DNA of 63,331 nucleotides, filler included, from 4 parts of 4 records of this genome joined end to end with filler, not necessarily neighbours in it; one strand, 5' to 3'. Shown: positions 41,467-58,182, counted from the whole stretch's first letter. Notes: generated by a model not told the origin, from the letters alone. Numbers and translations: made by a program.

Positions 41467-43128
41467 CTAAGCACCCGCTTCTGTTGATCCACGTTCAAGT
41501 AGCTTCTTCTCAAAGAACTCCTTCACTGCTACTGCGGTTCCGGCGGTTCGCCCACGTCGAAAATCTTTCCCTTCCAGGCCAGCCAGCTCATCGGGGAGAG
41601 GAAAACTCGTACCCAGAGCCTCTTTGACCGCATCACCAAACTTCCCTGGATGAGCTGTCGCCAGGCACACCATAGGCACTCCCTCTTCCTTTTCCAGGCG
41701 ACCCCCGTGGACGCCAATAACTGTGTGAGGATCGAGCACATACCCACCAGTGTTTTCATGGAATGACTTCATCAAGGCAAGCGACGCTTCTTTATCGCAG
41801 CGATGACTACACATCACTTCCTTGGACCTATTGAATGCCTTCTGCGTCACCTCTAGCCGACCTGTTGTTGAAAAAGTCTGCATCCAACCTCTAATGACTT
41901 CACCATCCTCGTCAGCCATTGCATACAAGAATCGCTCAAAGTTAGACGACACTTGTATGTCCATGCTTGGCGAAATAGTTTGTTGAAGGGCTGCTTTCTC
42001 GTACACACCATTGCAAAAGTACCTGGCATTCTTGTAAGCGTTTTCTCATCAAGTCACCGGTGGATGACAAACCTGTAGAGAATATCATTCTCATTCGTCG
42101 CGACAATCAGCTTGCTCACTGGAAGACCAATGCGCTTTGCATAATAGCCAGCTAGCACATCGCCAAAGTTACCAGTGGGAACGCTAAAGCTCACAGGCTT
42201 GGAAGGATCATTTTGAACACGTGACCAAGCATAAATGTAATAAGTGATTTGAGCAAGAATTCGGGCAAAATTGATAGAGTTGACAGCGGCGAGGTTGTGC
42301 TTCCGCTTAAACTCGAGGTCATTGAAGCAATCTTTGACAATGCTCTGCACGTAAATGATCACTTTAGATCTGAATCACTGCAGCGCTAGAACATGGTACC
42401 TGGGCAGTGTCAAAGTCACCATCAATGGCAATGTTGTGAATGTTCTCATCAAGCACAGTAGTCATTTGGAGCTCTTGAATCCTGCTGACTCGTTCGTTGG
42501 GGTACAGGATAAAGCACTCCACACCCTTCTTTCCGCGTAGACCGTAAATGGCAGCGGAGCCAGTATCACCTGAGGTGGCCCCCAAGACCGTGACTGGTCG
42601 ATCTGTTTGGCTGATGAAGAACTCAAAGACGTTACCCACAAACTGCAGGGCAACATCCTTGAATGCAAAGGAAGGTCCTATTCAAGTAGTGTTACATCAA
42701 TCTTTGCCAGCCTCATACCCGGCACCTACCGTGCCATAGCTCCAGAATGTGAACCCCATCTTTTTCGACTACAGGAGTCCGCTCCGTGTGGCGGAAAGTA
42801 CTGTAACTCCGCTTGACTATACTTTTCAACTCCTGGAACTCCATCAGCGAGGGCGTGTTGGGAGGCGAAGCATACTTACCTTAAGGGGGATACTGTCGCC
42901 GACAAAGGGCACCATGACAGAAATAGCAATATCCTCGAATTTCATCTTCTGAAACTTTGCAACTTCCCCAGAAAAGTCCGGGAACCTATCTGGAACAAAC
43001 AGCCCCCCATCATCACAGAGTCCGGAGAGCATAGCGTCCTTGAAAGTCATGTTATTTACACCGCCCCGAGTCGACTTGTAAGTTATGGCGGGCCCAGGAG
43101 CAGCTGCCACTGACTTTGACTGCCCCAT
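41467..43128 (-). CDS. thrC: Threonine synthase (fungal/proteobacterial type), multi-exon
   Basis: YKSTRG, GLCDDGGLFVP, ELWHG|PSFAFKDVALQ (PLP Lys), ATSGDTGSAA, NSINFARILAQ, VPTGNFG, SPSMDIQVSSNFER, TAHPGKF. Confidence 0.93.
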
Positions 43129-43838
43129 ATTCAACTTCCGATGTTTCGTCTAAACTTGATTAGACCCTTTATGTCTCTCACTTTCTTCCAACTCAAGGAC
43201 TTGGGTGTCGGGGCGAGCTTGGTGCTCAGGTAACTGGCGAGCGTGTTTCAACAATGGCACACGCACCTTTCCGGTCCGATGGGTTGGTCCGATGGGTTCA
43301 GTTCTCCCGCGGCGGACTACCGGCCGGGCGCTTGGTAGCAGTGAGCGCAACGAAACATCGGCATGGGCGGCATCACACTGATGAGGGACTGCCAGGACCA
43401 CAGCGATCAGACTTGTCATGGCAAAAGAAGCCTCACCGGTGGAGGCGAACAATTCTCCGTGTAACTGGCTGTGGTGTCATCGAGCGAACAGACGTCCATT
43501 CCATACCCCCCCGCCTCTGTTGCAGTTCTCCCGTGATAAAACCTTGCAAACAAAGGAAAGGAAATCTCCTAAATGGTGTGGGAATCTGGATAGGAAAAAG
43601 CGGGAAACACACTTTCAATCCCGATATAGCATATTATCTTCTTATTATCCGGTGGAACACCAGGGCCTTTTTGGTCCCGGCCGAAGGGCCTAACTCTCAT
43701 CTCAAATGGCGTGCCCGTCAACGGGCATTATTCCTTTGTCCAGCTCGGCGCATTCGAACCACCCACGGCGCAGGCTAGAAATATATACACACCGCACAAT
43801 GCAAGACAGTAGTTTGTCGCGTTCCCCATCATAATATA

Positions 43839-46957
<3,119 letters not shown>

Positions 46958-47078
46958 TCTCTCGATCTATCTGCTTGGCTCGTTTACCCCCGCGCTGCTT
47001 CCTAGAGCGTCTGTCTCTACGATGGATAATAAAGCGTGCTGAAAGTTCAGAGAATATCGTTTATTCTTCCATGCTATT

Positions 47079-48989
47079 CTACAAAACCCCATAGTAGGCA
47101 GAGGATGGTACATCGCGCGGGATGCGTACCCTGGACCCAGGTGACGGAGGGTACATATTCGGCATGTACAGTTCATCAGTGGAATGGTCATATCCTATGG
47201 ATCGCATCGATCCCTGCTTATCGACCCTGCTTTCAGTGAGTCACCGTCATCACGAAACATCCGCGTACTTACTTTGACCGTCTAATTGCTTTGGACGTAA
47301 CCATGTGCATAGGATATTCGTCTGCTGCCTCACGTCGGTATATCTCCTGACTGTCTCTCTGTGACTCACTTCAGCAAAGAAAGAAATATTCATGACTAGT
47401 GCTGTCACTCACTGTATTTCGCTTCTTCAGATAGTCCAAGTACCCGTTGTCATATGAGCGATTGCCATGGGGAATCAATCGGTGGGGAGACGCACTCTTG
47501 GGTCTTCGTGGACGTCGCACATGTGAACCTGAAAATATGTCAGCACACAGCATGTAATCTGGCCTTAGAATCCCACCCTTGAATTTTGGCCTCGGTGCAT
47601 GCATCTCGGGCGGTTCCTCGTCCGCCTTGCTTTCAACGAATTGTTCATGGAATCCACCACTAATGTGCCGCGACGTTGAAGTATTAGCGGCTGCTACGAA
47701 TGGTCGCGAATCAGTGCCAGCCGCAACGCGTTGTACTAAGCAGCAAATGAAATCAAACTTACCAGCAGAGCGGGGACGTGATTCTCCAGTCGATTTCCTG
47801 CTCTTAATAAGTGGAGTCCCCTTCGCTGCCATGGGCAAATCGAGCGATCTAATGACTATTCTTGGAAGGCACTCGATGGCTGGAATACTTGGCTCCATTT
47901 CCTTCCGTACCTGCAAGAATTCTACGTTTAGTTCCGGGCAAGAAACACACACACATCTCGTGAGACTACTCACGGCAAGCGAAATGAGGTGCCCTCCAAC
48001 ATGTGTGAGATAGCTCCTAGACGACTTCTTAAGATATCGGAAAGAAAATCTACCAGGAAGCCCAACCCAGTTGCTATCTTCAATGTAGTTTCGCACATCC
48101 TGTCATACTGTTATTGCCAGCTCATCCAACCAGGGTCGGAGGGATTCACCTCCAAAGACATCCCTTTGAATATTGGGACAACACCAATTGAATTAGCCAC
48201 ATTCCCCTCCAAAGATATAAATAGTCCGGCTTCTGGCTTCGTTTGGGCCCGCTGCCGAAGGTACAAGCACCAAGTCAATGTATCAATCATCTGCATGACC
48301 TTGAACTGTTGTTCAAAGCAATCAGCGTCGAACAACCCACATCGCACCACACTCTTACTTTGCCCTCATCCTTGCGAGGCACGACCCTTCCGCTACTGCG
48401 TCCCACAGACTGGCAGTCGACAAAGTCGAAGCGCCTTGGAATGGACTCGCCCTTGACCAGCAATCGCCGGCAATCCTCCAATGTTGTCTTGGACAGAACA
48501 TCCATGTATCCCAAACGCTCACTTTCGCCATGCAGTGCCACCTGGATAGTCCATGGGCCACGTCTACACACAAACGTCAACACATCGCCAGCCATACCTG
48601 GCTTTCATTACCTATTGGCTGGCGAGGCCATCATTGCGGATTCTCCAACTTCAGGCCTCAAAATCACTAGAGGGCCGTGCTTGACTGCATTTTTCGTCAC
48701 CTCAACATCATGAGGAATGATGGTTTCATCCGGCATGATGAAAGTGTACGCTGGAGGAGCATCGTTCAGCTCTATGTCAATGAGAGTGCGCAAATCTGCC
48801 AGGGTTTGCTACACCAAAGCGTTGGTTATACTACAAACATCGATGAGAGCGCACACTTACCGAGGGAAACACCAACACAGAACCAATCCACCGTTTTCTT
48901 CCTTCTACAGCGACTACAATACTTTGCTTCTCAAGCTCTGGCTCAATGAGGCCTTGTGGTTCGCTCGTTGCCTCTGACTCGTCAGCCAT
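47079..48989 (-). CDS. Eukaryotic multi-exon protein with three tandem ubiquitin-like (beta-grasp)-type repeats and a low-complexity tail
   Basis: Hand splice from ATG 48989; three copies of the pattern h-x-h...(I/L)G-x-h...(T/S)L-x-D-x-R..h...P..F-x-F. Confidence 0.6.
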
Positions 48990-49239
48990 TGTTGAAAAAT
49001 ACCCAGGCTGTTACTGTTCTGTGAAATAATCTACCAGGCATATATGTGTCTGCCTGTGGTCTGTGCCACTTCATCGGTCAACGGTCTTGCAATGTGTAAG
49101 CAGGGGCCACGCTTGGTAGTGGGCGCCACTGAGTGACAGCCTGTCATTACTGTTCTACCGAAGTTGACAACGCCTTGGCTTTGCACGGCACGTCGCGAGT
49201 CGTCTGGTCAGTAGCCCTGTCCCCAACTAGCACCAGAGT

Positions 49240-50060
49240 GATGGGGTCGGGCCCCGCTGGCCCCGCTCCAGACGGGGCTTGACCGTCGGGTCGCTGCTGA
49301 TCAGGCCCGGCGGGACGGATGCCATCCGCCCAGTCAGACCGGTGGCCGGTCAGTGGGTGAGTCCGACCGCGGTCGCGGGGCCGGCTGTCTGGTGAAGCGG
49401 CGATCTGGGCACGGGAGATTGCGCTGTGGGTTCCTGGTTCAGTTGTGGTTGGGCATGGTCAACATGGGCCCTAATCCCAAATCGAAGGCTAACCGTAGAA
49501 AATAAACCATGTTCTTGAATAACGGCAAGTGCCCTGGACTCTCACACACTGCGGCACGGGCCGGGCCCGGCCACGCATGACGCCCGCCGGCCGGCGGCCC
49601 CTTCGGTCCAACGCGCCTTGGCCGGCCGGGGCGGCCCGGGCCCACGGCGACCACCGGGCCACGACCCGGGACTGACGTGGGGGTGAGAGTGCGGGCGTCC
49701 CCAAACTAATATGATCATCCCGGCCGGCGCCCGGCCTGGACGACCGGACCGGACGGCACCCGGTAGGAGGCCGGGCGGCAGGCTCAGATGGTGGACTCCG
49801 CTCATCAGTGAGTGCGTCGTGCCAGTGTGCCGGGCCCGGCCCGGGCCCCGGCCGGGTCCTCCTCACCGGCTGCCGGGGCACGGGCGGGTAGCCTCCGGGG
49901 CCCTGGAGCGGCCGAGTGGTCCGCTACACTGACTGGGGAAAGAGCCCGACCTGGGTCCTCAGAGCCGGCCAAGCCCTGGCGTCGCATCTTCTATAAACTG
50001 CCCAAACTCCTAGGTCGGCCCTTCCGGCTGACGTGGCGGGCGGCAGCGCCCGGTCGAACC
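49240..50060. other. GC-rich non-coding island rich in CCGG/GGCC palindromes between divergent genes
   Basis: e.g. GGCCGGGCCCGGCC 49559-49572, CCGCCGGCCGGCGG 49584-49597; ORFs here are only P/G/A/R-rich noise. Confidence 0.65.
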
Positions 50061-50298
50061 GACGGAAGTCTCCCCAGCCACGATCCATGGCGTCCGATTC
50101 CGCGTTCACTTGGTATCCGACTTCGCTGCTCCTTGAAATTCAGAGTCCTAAGGTCTGGTGCACAGTATAAGGGTGGAATCAAGTTTAGGGCGTTCTAATT
50201 CTTCCCCCTTCCTGTTTCCGGCGTATTTATAGAACTCGGGCAATTCTTGTTAGTTAGAGTGCACCCTTGTGAACCGTTTCTAGTGGTAGTTCACAACC

Positions 50299-53200
50299 AT
50301 GGATATTGGAGGTCACAATAGTCGCGGCATGAGTGAGGGATACAACAGCAAGTGTGTCCAGATATAGCTGTTTTTACTACAAGTTGACCTAACGCAGCTT
50401 TCTCCAGAACCGAGGAGATCAAGTTTTGGCATATTGGGTCACTGAGAGAGAGACTCAGTTTGCGTGGCGTTGTCTCCGTTCAAACTAACAAACTCTCAAA
50501 ACGTAGGCTCAGACTTGCACCCGTTGAGATATGGCCTAACTTGGATCACACAGAAACACAAGATAGATTGAAGGAGCGCGGGTCGAAACGTGCTCTCATT
50601 CAAGCGGGCGACATTGACCCAAATGATGTGACGGCAAATTGGGAGCGAGGGGACGAGGAGAAGAAAAGGTCGCGCACCCTTGCCGCGCTTTGGCCCACTG
50701 TGGGTGCTTCCTATTGTTCACGTAGTGAAGCAAGAGTTGACTCTCTCTATGCAGAGTGATGCTTTGGACTTGATGACTGGCCAAGAACGACAGGTGATGG
50801 AGAGTGTTATGTCGCAAAACAAAGTCCCTTTGTGGCATGATTTGTATCAATTGTCAGCTTGCGCAGTCATGGCCGAGAAGTTAGATTGCCAGAGAGGTGA
50901 GAATCGTTTGGGGTGGTATTGTGTAGAGGCTTTACTAACTGGAAATGCCCAGTCACTCTGTGGATATGGGACCCAGATATGAAAAAGATATTTACGCGGA
51001 TGGATCCATATGAATGGGGTGGGGATGAGAGTGATAGCGACGACGACCAGGATGAAAGGAAGCAACTCAGTAATTTAAGTGCGACATTGCCATGTGTTAC
51101 CTCTGCGCCATCCTGATTTAGGTGCAGATAATCGCTTGAAGTGTGTCATTAGTGTATGGATCTCATCCAAGAATACGATACAAGGCGAGTGCTATCATCT
51201 TCGGAAGGCTATTAATATTCAGAAAATGAAAATGAGGAGCCCATCTGAACGTGAGATGGTGAGTCTTGAGTTTCTGTTCAACTTATCTTTTTACTTACAA
51301 CACCCAAAGACTAAGCAAATAGATTGCGACCTTGCCACGGAATGGAAGCAGGGCGAACCAGTGATCCAAACTGAGAGTACCATTATGGTGCCTATACTCA
51401 AGCAAGTGTCGGATCCGTCCAACCTCAACGCCGAGCCAACAGTGTACGGAATTCTGGAGGCAACCAACAAACTAGGAGCCACACTATACGCTGTGAATGA
51501 TGACAATTCAGACAAAGTTAAGCGAAAGAAGACTTACAGGTAGAAGCAAAGGACAAAGATTGGTTTCTGGATAAATCCTAAGGCTGAGACTTTTACAGGC
51601 GCATAATACCCTTCTCAGATCGTGATATGAAACAAGCAGTGATATTTGCCCAAGATCTTCTCAATGTCATAGAGGAGAGACTCGCATATTGCTATGCAAT
51701 TGATTCACTACTGTAAGTAGTCATGGAAATGATAGTGCTTCATGCTGAGCGATAATCAGGACTATCGAGAGGAAGCATAGACCGGCTCCACACCAAGTAT
51801 ATTGTGACTTGCGGTTTCAGGTTTTGCAAGCCTCGCGATTCGCGTATCTCAACGCAGGTGATTTCGACACATTTTTCTCAGTAAGGTATGTTTGGTTCCG
51901 AAGGTTGTGATCGCATTGGCTAAATTGATGCAGAGTGGGCGAAGAAGTTGGGGTCTCGTCTGTGTCCTTCAATCCCAAAAAGTGCGCATGGACCGACGAA
52001 TACATGGAATTTGCCAATGTTCCCATATCTTCGTGGATAGGTCAGTGATTCACAGGGCTTGTTTTGGAGCGTAGTAACACTTGTGCAGATGTATATATTC
52101 GTTGTAAAGACAGTGCCGGCCGAAAAAAAATACTAGGTGTCATTTGCATCCCGGTCAGGCAGATCGCAGTTGAGCGGCCTTTCTATGATGTATGATTCCT
52201 TCTGCTAAACTGGAACAGTACTTACACCTTTGATTGGTCAGTGGAAAGCTATTCGCCCCCTCGAATACCTTCAGCACAGGGTGGAACATGACGACGAAGA
52301 TGATAACAACGACAATCTTGGATGGGCTAAGATCAAGGTTACAAGATATCTCTCGGGTAATCGGTAGCCTCAGCAGCAAATTTTATCTCTCTAATGATTG
52401 TACAGGTACCTTTGCGAAGAAATTGAAGCAAAAGAAGGCTAAAAAGAATTATGAAGATATCTACAGACCAAAACCACCTTCACTGTGGTCGATTGAAGGG
52501 CCCAAAATTGATAGGCAAAGCTTAGAAGTGGACTACTCTCGTAAGATCCACCGGGCCACAGCGAAAGCGATTTTGATTAATCCTGAAGTTTGCAGCTAAA
52601 GTCGAGGTTAAGGAAAGGGAGGAAACAGAATTCACAAAAAATTTCTTTGAAAAGGAGCACAAACATATTCCGGTTGGTTGGTTCATGGCGTCTCCCGCGC
52701 AGCCTTTCATATTTCGATGTAGCTTCAACGCGAGGTGGACATGTCCAAGGAACAGTTCATGCAGGCGCTATTATTCGAAGCAGACGAGGCTGCAGAGGAA
52801 TACTTATACAAGCGAGCTCTGGAATTGGTGAGAGCCACTAACAAATTGGGAAATCCCATAGCTAAGATATTCTGCCATTATCCAGTACAACGTGGCCTAT
52901 GTGATGGCACCGGAGCCGGAGATTGCCGTCAAGATCAAGAAGATGAAGGGAAGGTTGAAGCTCCTTGGTCCAAACATGCGGCCACATGAAGATCCTAAAA
53001 TTCCAGTTCGCGATGTTCCCAATCGCAAAGGAGAAGTCAGGTGCGGGACTGCGACGTGGTCACATCTGTTGCTAACTCCAGTTCAGATATAATAATCGCA
53101 GATATGGAAGCAATTTTCTCAGTCTCCGCGTTCCATCCAAGAATACGAGTTTGTCGGTCCCTATGACGCACCACTACAAATATGATGCAGGTTCGGGAAA

Positions 53201-53396
53201 AGATCGTGCATCGCGACTCTGGCTAATTCTGAAATTCACAGAAATCCCCGTAGGAGAACGCCTCTGCCCCAATCGCAAACTTGCACATCATGCAGTGGAG
53301 CGCAAGGTGGTAAAGGGTATCATAGCCCTTGAAGAACTTGAGGAGGATTCCAACAATATGGGCACCTCCGTTGCCCTTCCCGCGCATCTAAGCTAG
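50299..53396 (+). CDS. Eukaryotic multi-exon protein with GAF-like domain(s)
   Basis: TESTIMVPILKQ...VYGILEATNKL and a second KKILGVICIP segment; ~50-nt introns; no catalytic domain recognised. Confidence 0.55.
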
Positions 53397-53455
53397 CAGC
53401 ATTCTATTCAGAATCGAAAAGGTAGCACCTAGGTTTACTGTAACGGAAAACACAT

Positions 53456-56400
53456 CTACACACGGGGCTTCGCCCGGAGTTGCTCGCGGCTCCTGCGGTC
53501 AAATTCATACTCGCACTCTTCAAGACGTCCGACGAGGGCTGCGAATAAACCCTTCTACGTTAATCTTTTGCTTGTCACAAAGAAAACTAACCAACCTTCC
53601 AGAAGGACCTGAATTGACGGATCTGGGGAACCTTTCCCTCTCGCAAGCTTTCTCCTCATTGAAAGCATTCGTTGAATGTATTTTTCCAATTCCTTAACTT
53701 CAAGGTCAACATACAGCCAAAACTACACACCAGCGCCTTACCATGAGCGTCCGTGGGGTTTCTTGGGTTACGAGGGCAGTGAGCTCTCGTTGAAGGTTAG
53801 TATAGTTGATTGGGCTTGATGGCGCCCCTCCATCTTCCGGAGAAGAATTACGACCACGTCGGGATCTCCCATCACCCCTTGTGTCCACCACAGAATAGTC
53901 TGCAGAGGGTGCCCCTCCTGGTTCCAACCTCACGACGGGTCCCCTATGGGGGTCCCCTCCATAGTAGGTTGACGGGTATAGTCCGGCGTCTGCCGCATCA
54001 ATTTGAGGCGCCTGCACAATGCGTGATGCTCCGGTGCCCCTACTGTCACCAGCTTGTCGAACGCTGGCGGGTGCGGGGACAACACCCCCAACGATCGGCT
54101 GCCTACGAGGGGTGTCATCGTCAGGGATGTACATGCTGACCTGAAGAGTCGGTGTTAGTCGGCGCGACCAACTTTCACACACAAAATTCATACCTGAACA
54201 TTTCCTTCTTCACGCACGTGTCCAGACGGTAGTGCAGAGGTTGCTGCCATTTTTGCTGACTCGAATTTCTGCTTCAGCCTGGAGTCATCGCTGCTGTCAT
54301 TTTCATGCTTGGAGATCTCTTCACTGGACGAATCTGATTGGGGCATCCGGGGATTTGGCATAGGTTCTCCCGCACCGGGAGGGGTCGCTCTGCGAGGCAC
54401 CTGGCTTGGCTGCTGTGCCGCGGGAGGCGATACTGATGGACTCTTGCTATTGCTTCTCTCTACAGATGACGATGCTCTGGAGGGAGTAGAGTGGAACTGG
54501 TGCTCTTGCTGAGCCTTCACATGAACGTCAACACTCTCAATTGGCCCCGGACTCACCCGGCGACCCGTAACCTGGAAGTGCTCACTCGAGTACTGCAGGG
54601 GCGGCGAGGGAGAGATGCGAGCAGCTCTCCCGGAGCCCCTGGAGGAATCCACAAAGCGCACCTTGTTATTCTGGGCCGCCCTCACCTCCTGATATTGCGA
54701 TCTAGGCTGGCGGCTAGCTCCATGGACAATTTCGTCATTTTCAACAACATATCTACCTCTGGTGGCCGCGGGCACATGACTACTCGAGCCGTGGAGACCC
54801 TCTCCCCCCACATACACCATGTTCGCTCCTCTAGGAAGCACCACGTCCCGAGGCATTACAGGATCTGTCGCGTGAATAACGGGAATTTGTGGTGCTGGAG
54901 CTGCTTGCATCGTGGGACGGTCGACAGCACGAATACGCGAGAACCGCCGGCCATTGTCTTCGTCGACTGGGCTTGCCTCACGTGAGGGGGGCGATGACCT
55001 TCTCTTTGGATTAGCTCGCACGGCAGGCCGGCTCTCGCCAATGTGTCGTCGAATCGTCGCCGTTTGCTGCGGCTGGTCCAAGAATACAGTTTGCCCACCA
55101 TTGTCTACACTCTCATATACAACTGGTACTGGGTCCTCATGTCGAACCAGGGATACGTGCTGGGTCTCGGCGACCACCTCAACCCGCTTGTTGCGAATGG
55201 CCTCATTCTTCCAGTGAAGCATGCTCTCAAGCCGTGTGATCCTGCAACTCTTTCTGCGAAGGAGGGCATTGAGGGCAGTGCTGATGTGTTTGTACTTCAA
55301 GCGCATAGCTCTTTCTGCATTCCTGCCTCGCACGTAGTCCATCCAGCATCGTACAGCTGCTCCCAGGCGGAAATGCTTCCACTCCCTACAAATATTATGA
55401 GATTAGAACAGATCTGCGCTTCCATGCGCTAGTTTTCATACCTTATAAACGGGTTTACCCTCTGTCGAAGAGCAACTACGCCCACAACAGCACTCTTTCT
55501 GAGAATTACTCTGCTCAAGACCTCATGACCAAACGCCTTTTCAATGTAGTGGTCACGAATGCGACGGAACAGTCTTTCCCATTTCATGTCGAACATGGCC
55601 TGACGAAGTCTGTCTACTTCGTGCTGGAGCTTCGCTTTCTCATCTTCAAGTGTTGTCCTCACTTCCGTGTGAGTCTCCTCAAGCTCTGCAACTACTTCGG
55701 CATGGCGAGCACGCTGGCGGCGCAACCGGGCATATACTTGCATCGCGCGCATCGCTTGCCTGGCTTTCTTGTGATAGCACCAACGCAAGATCATGGTGCG
55801 GATGACACGCTTGTGCATTTTTCTAGCCCATCGACTGAACATTTGAGCGCGCTGCCGCTTAAGGTAAAGAGGCCGCGCCGAATCAGCCAACCTCTTCTTC
55901 ACCACCTCGCATCTCTCGAGGTCACCCTCTACTTTCTCCTTCTCCTGAGTCAGTTCCGCATAATTCTTTCTACAATACATGAGATCGCTCTGCAAGTGAT
56001 GGATCTCTTCGTCCTTCTTAGAAATGTTCTCCTACACAAAGAATCAGATAATCACATATCCATGCGTCAGGAAATAGCCGTTACCCTGTGGGTGTCTGCT
56101 TGCTGTTCTATTGTGTTCTTGAGTGACAACACCTCCGCCCTGAGCGACTCAATTGTCCCCTGCAATTGTCCCTTCTCCATGTTCACTTGAGAAACCTGCT
56201 CCTTGAAGGCCGATACTTGGCCATTGAGGTTGTCCACACGCTCACGCAGTTTATCACACTCAGTCTCCTTGGCTCTGGCATCTCGATTGGCATTGGCCAC
56301 CTCCTGGGTGAGGGTAAGCAGCTGGCGATCTTTATCATGGTGGCGTTGTTCCTCGTGTTCTTTCAGCTTCTTCTGAAAACTGGCATCTTCAGAAAGTACT

Positions 56401-57441
56401 CGCATTTCCTGCATAGGTGTGAGAAGGTATATGTCGCACAACCCAGCTTCTTACCTTGTCCTTATCAGCCATTTCTTTCCGTTTCAGCTCAAGAGCATCC
56501 TCCAAATTCTTTAAGCGATTTTCCTTTTCAATGATTTCCTTTGTCCTGAGCCTGAGTGTCTGCTCAACCTTCCCCAAATCCTTGGAGTACAACGTCTTAT
56601 CATCTGCTCTGCGCATTATCTCACCCTCCTTCTGAGAGCGAACTTCCTGCAGCTCTTTCTTAATCTTGGTCACCTCTGTACGGGCTTGCACAGCGCCATC
56701 CCTTTCCTTCTCCATGCCCCTCCTGAGCTCATCCACTTTCCTTTCGAGAGCTTCACCCTTCTGCACAGATGCCTTGAGCATATGCGGAAGCTCCCGATGG
56801 CACTCGAGCTCCTGTTCCGTGGCCTCAAGCATCATTCTTAGTCTCGCAGTCTCTGTTTTCAGTGTTTCATTCGTGATGGCACCCATCTCAATCTGCTTCT
56901 TAAGGTCGTTCTCCCTTTTTTCGTGGCTCCTTGATTTATCCTTGAACTGGCTCTCCACTGACCTCACCGCCTTCTCCCGTTGGCGGTTCATCTCTTGCAG
57001 CTTCTCTTCAAAGCGCATCTGCAACTGTGTCTTGTGAACCTCCTCTTCGATACCAAGATTCTCGAGTTCTCTAACGGAGTCGCTCAACCTGTGGATTTCG
57101 TCTGCTTGGTCGGCAACAGTAGACGACAGTATCTTGATTTTATCTCGGGCAATCTTGTTGACATGGGCCTCATAGTCTGTGTGCAAAAGTTGAATCTCTT
57201 TCAGTGCCCTGCCCTCTGCTTCGTGGCGACGTTTGGACGATGCCTGGCGATATTCGTCCATAGATCTCCTCACTAGTTCACTTTCAGCGTCCACTAGTGA
57301 AGCATCGAGCGAAATCTCATGAGAGGAGCGCCCGAGTTGTCGCCGAAATATCGGGCTAAATGTACCCAATGGGGCTGTCCTCTGAAGGTAGGGGGACCCC
57401 TCGGACATGTTGTTTTCGCTGTGTGATTCGCAACTCGTCAT
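53456..57441 (-). CDS. Large eukaryotic coiled-coil protein with Pro/Ser-rich disordered region (multi-exon)
   Basis: Consecutive minus-strand ORFs 56389-57495, 56067-56441, 55429-55995, 54188-55342, 53706-54191 are E/K/R/Q heptad-rich exons; last exon ...REQLRAKPRV*. Confidence 0.7.
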
Positions 57442-58182
57442 GGTATTTATATATTTGCCTATCAGTCGAGTGATGTGGGCGCAAGAGAGAGACACGTTAC
57501 AACGAGTAGTCTCTCTCTAAAGGGTCAAACTGAGTCACGTCGTATTACCGCTGGGTCCCATGGCTATGCTGGCTAGCTGGAGGTACTCTGTCCTGGCCCG
57601 GCGTTTTCCGCAGTTGGTCCGACAATCTCGCTTGCTCTCCGGGCCCGCGGAGCTCGGGGTCCCGGCCAGTCCAGTCAGTCGGGGCCCGGGTCCGGCCGGT
57701 GGCTGCTCAGCTTGCGAGTGTCACTGTTGGTGCCCATCAGCTGATGTGCAGAGGGCAGAAAAGGGTTCGCGACCACTGACAAAGACAACACTTCATGGCA
57801 CCGATGGTGGCGAGGAGGATCCTGCTGGTGAGTAATGTGACCGTTGTTTGAATACAAAAGGTAACCAGATTTTACAGAGCTAATTCACGAGATCAATCTT
57901 AACAATGACAATCAAATGATCTCAGAAAACGAGATTGTAATCGACACGAAACAACCGTACTGACTCACTCGTGACCGACTGTTTGCAAACTGTCAATCGG
58001 AACGCCGGCCGGGTGCGTGCCCGCCCCGAGGAAACTGGCGCTGCCACTCTCTCACTGCCAGAATGGCTCCTTCAAGCAAGTCCTCACCGGCACCTCACAA
58101 ACTTAGCTGGCCCGGCCGGGTCGTCCCCCTCCCCAGCCAGGGCCGCGGCCGCCAGGCGACGTCGTCCGCCGGCGCCCCCCCC

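Noticed and set aside
49439..50198. Pro/Gly/Arg-rich ORFs in the GC island
   Set aside because: Overlapping in several frames, no motifs, unlike the codon style of neighbouring exons
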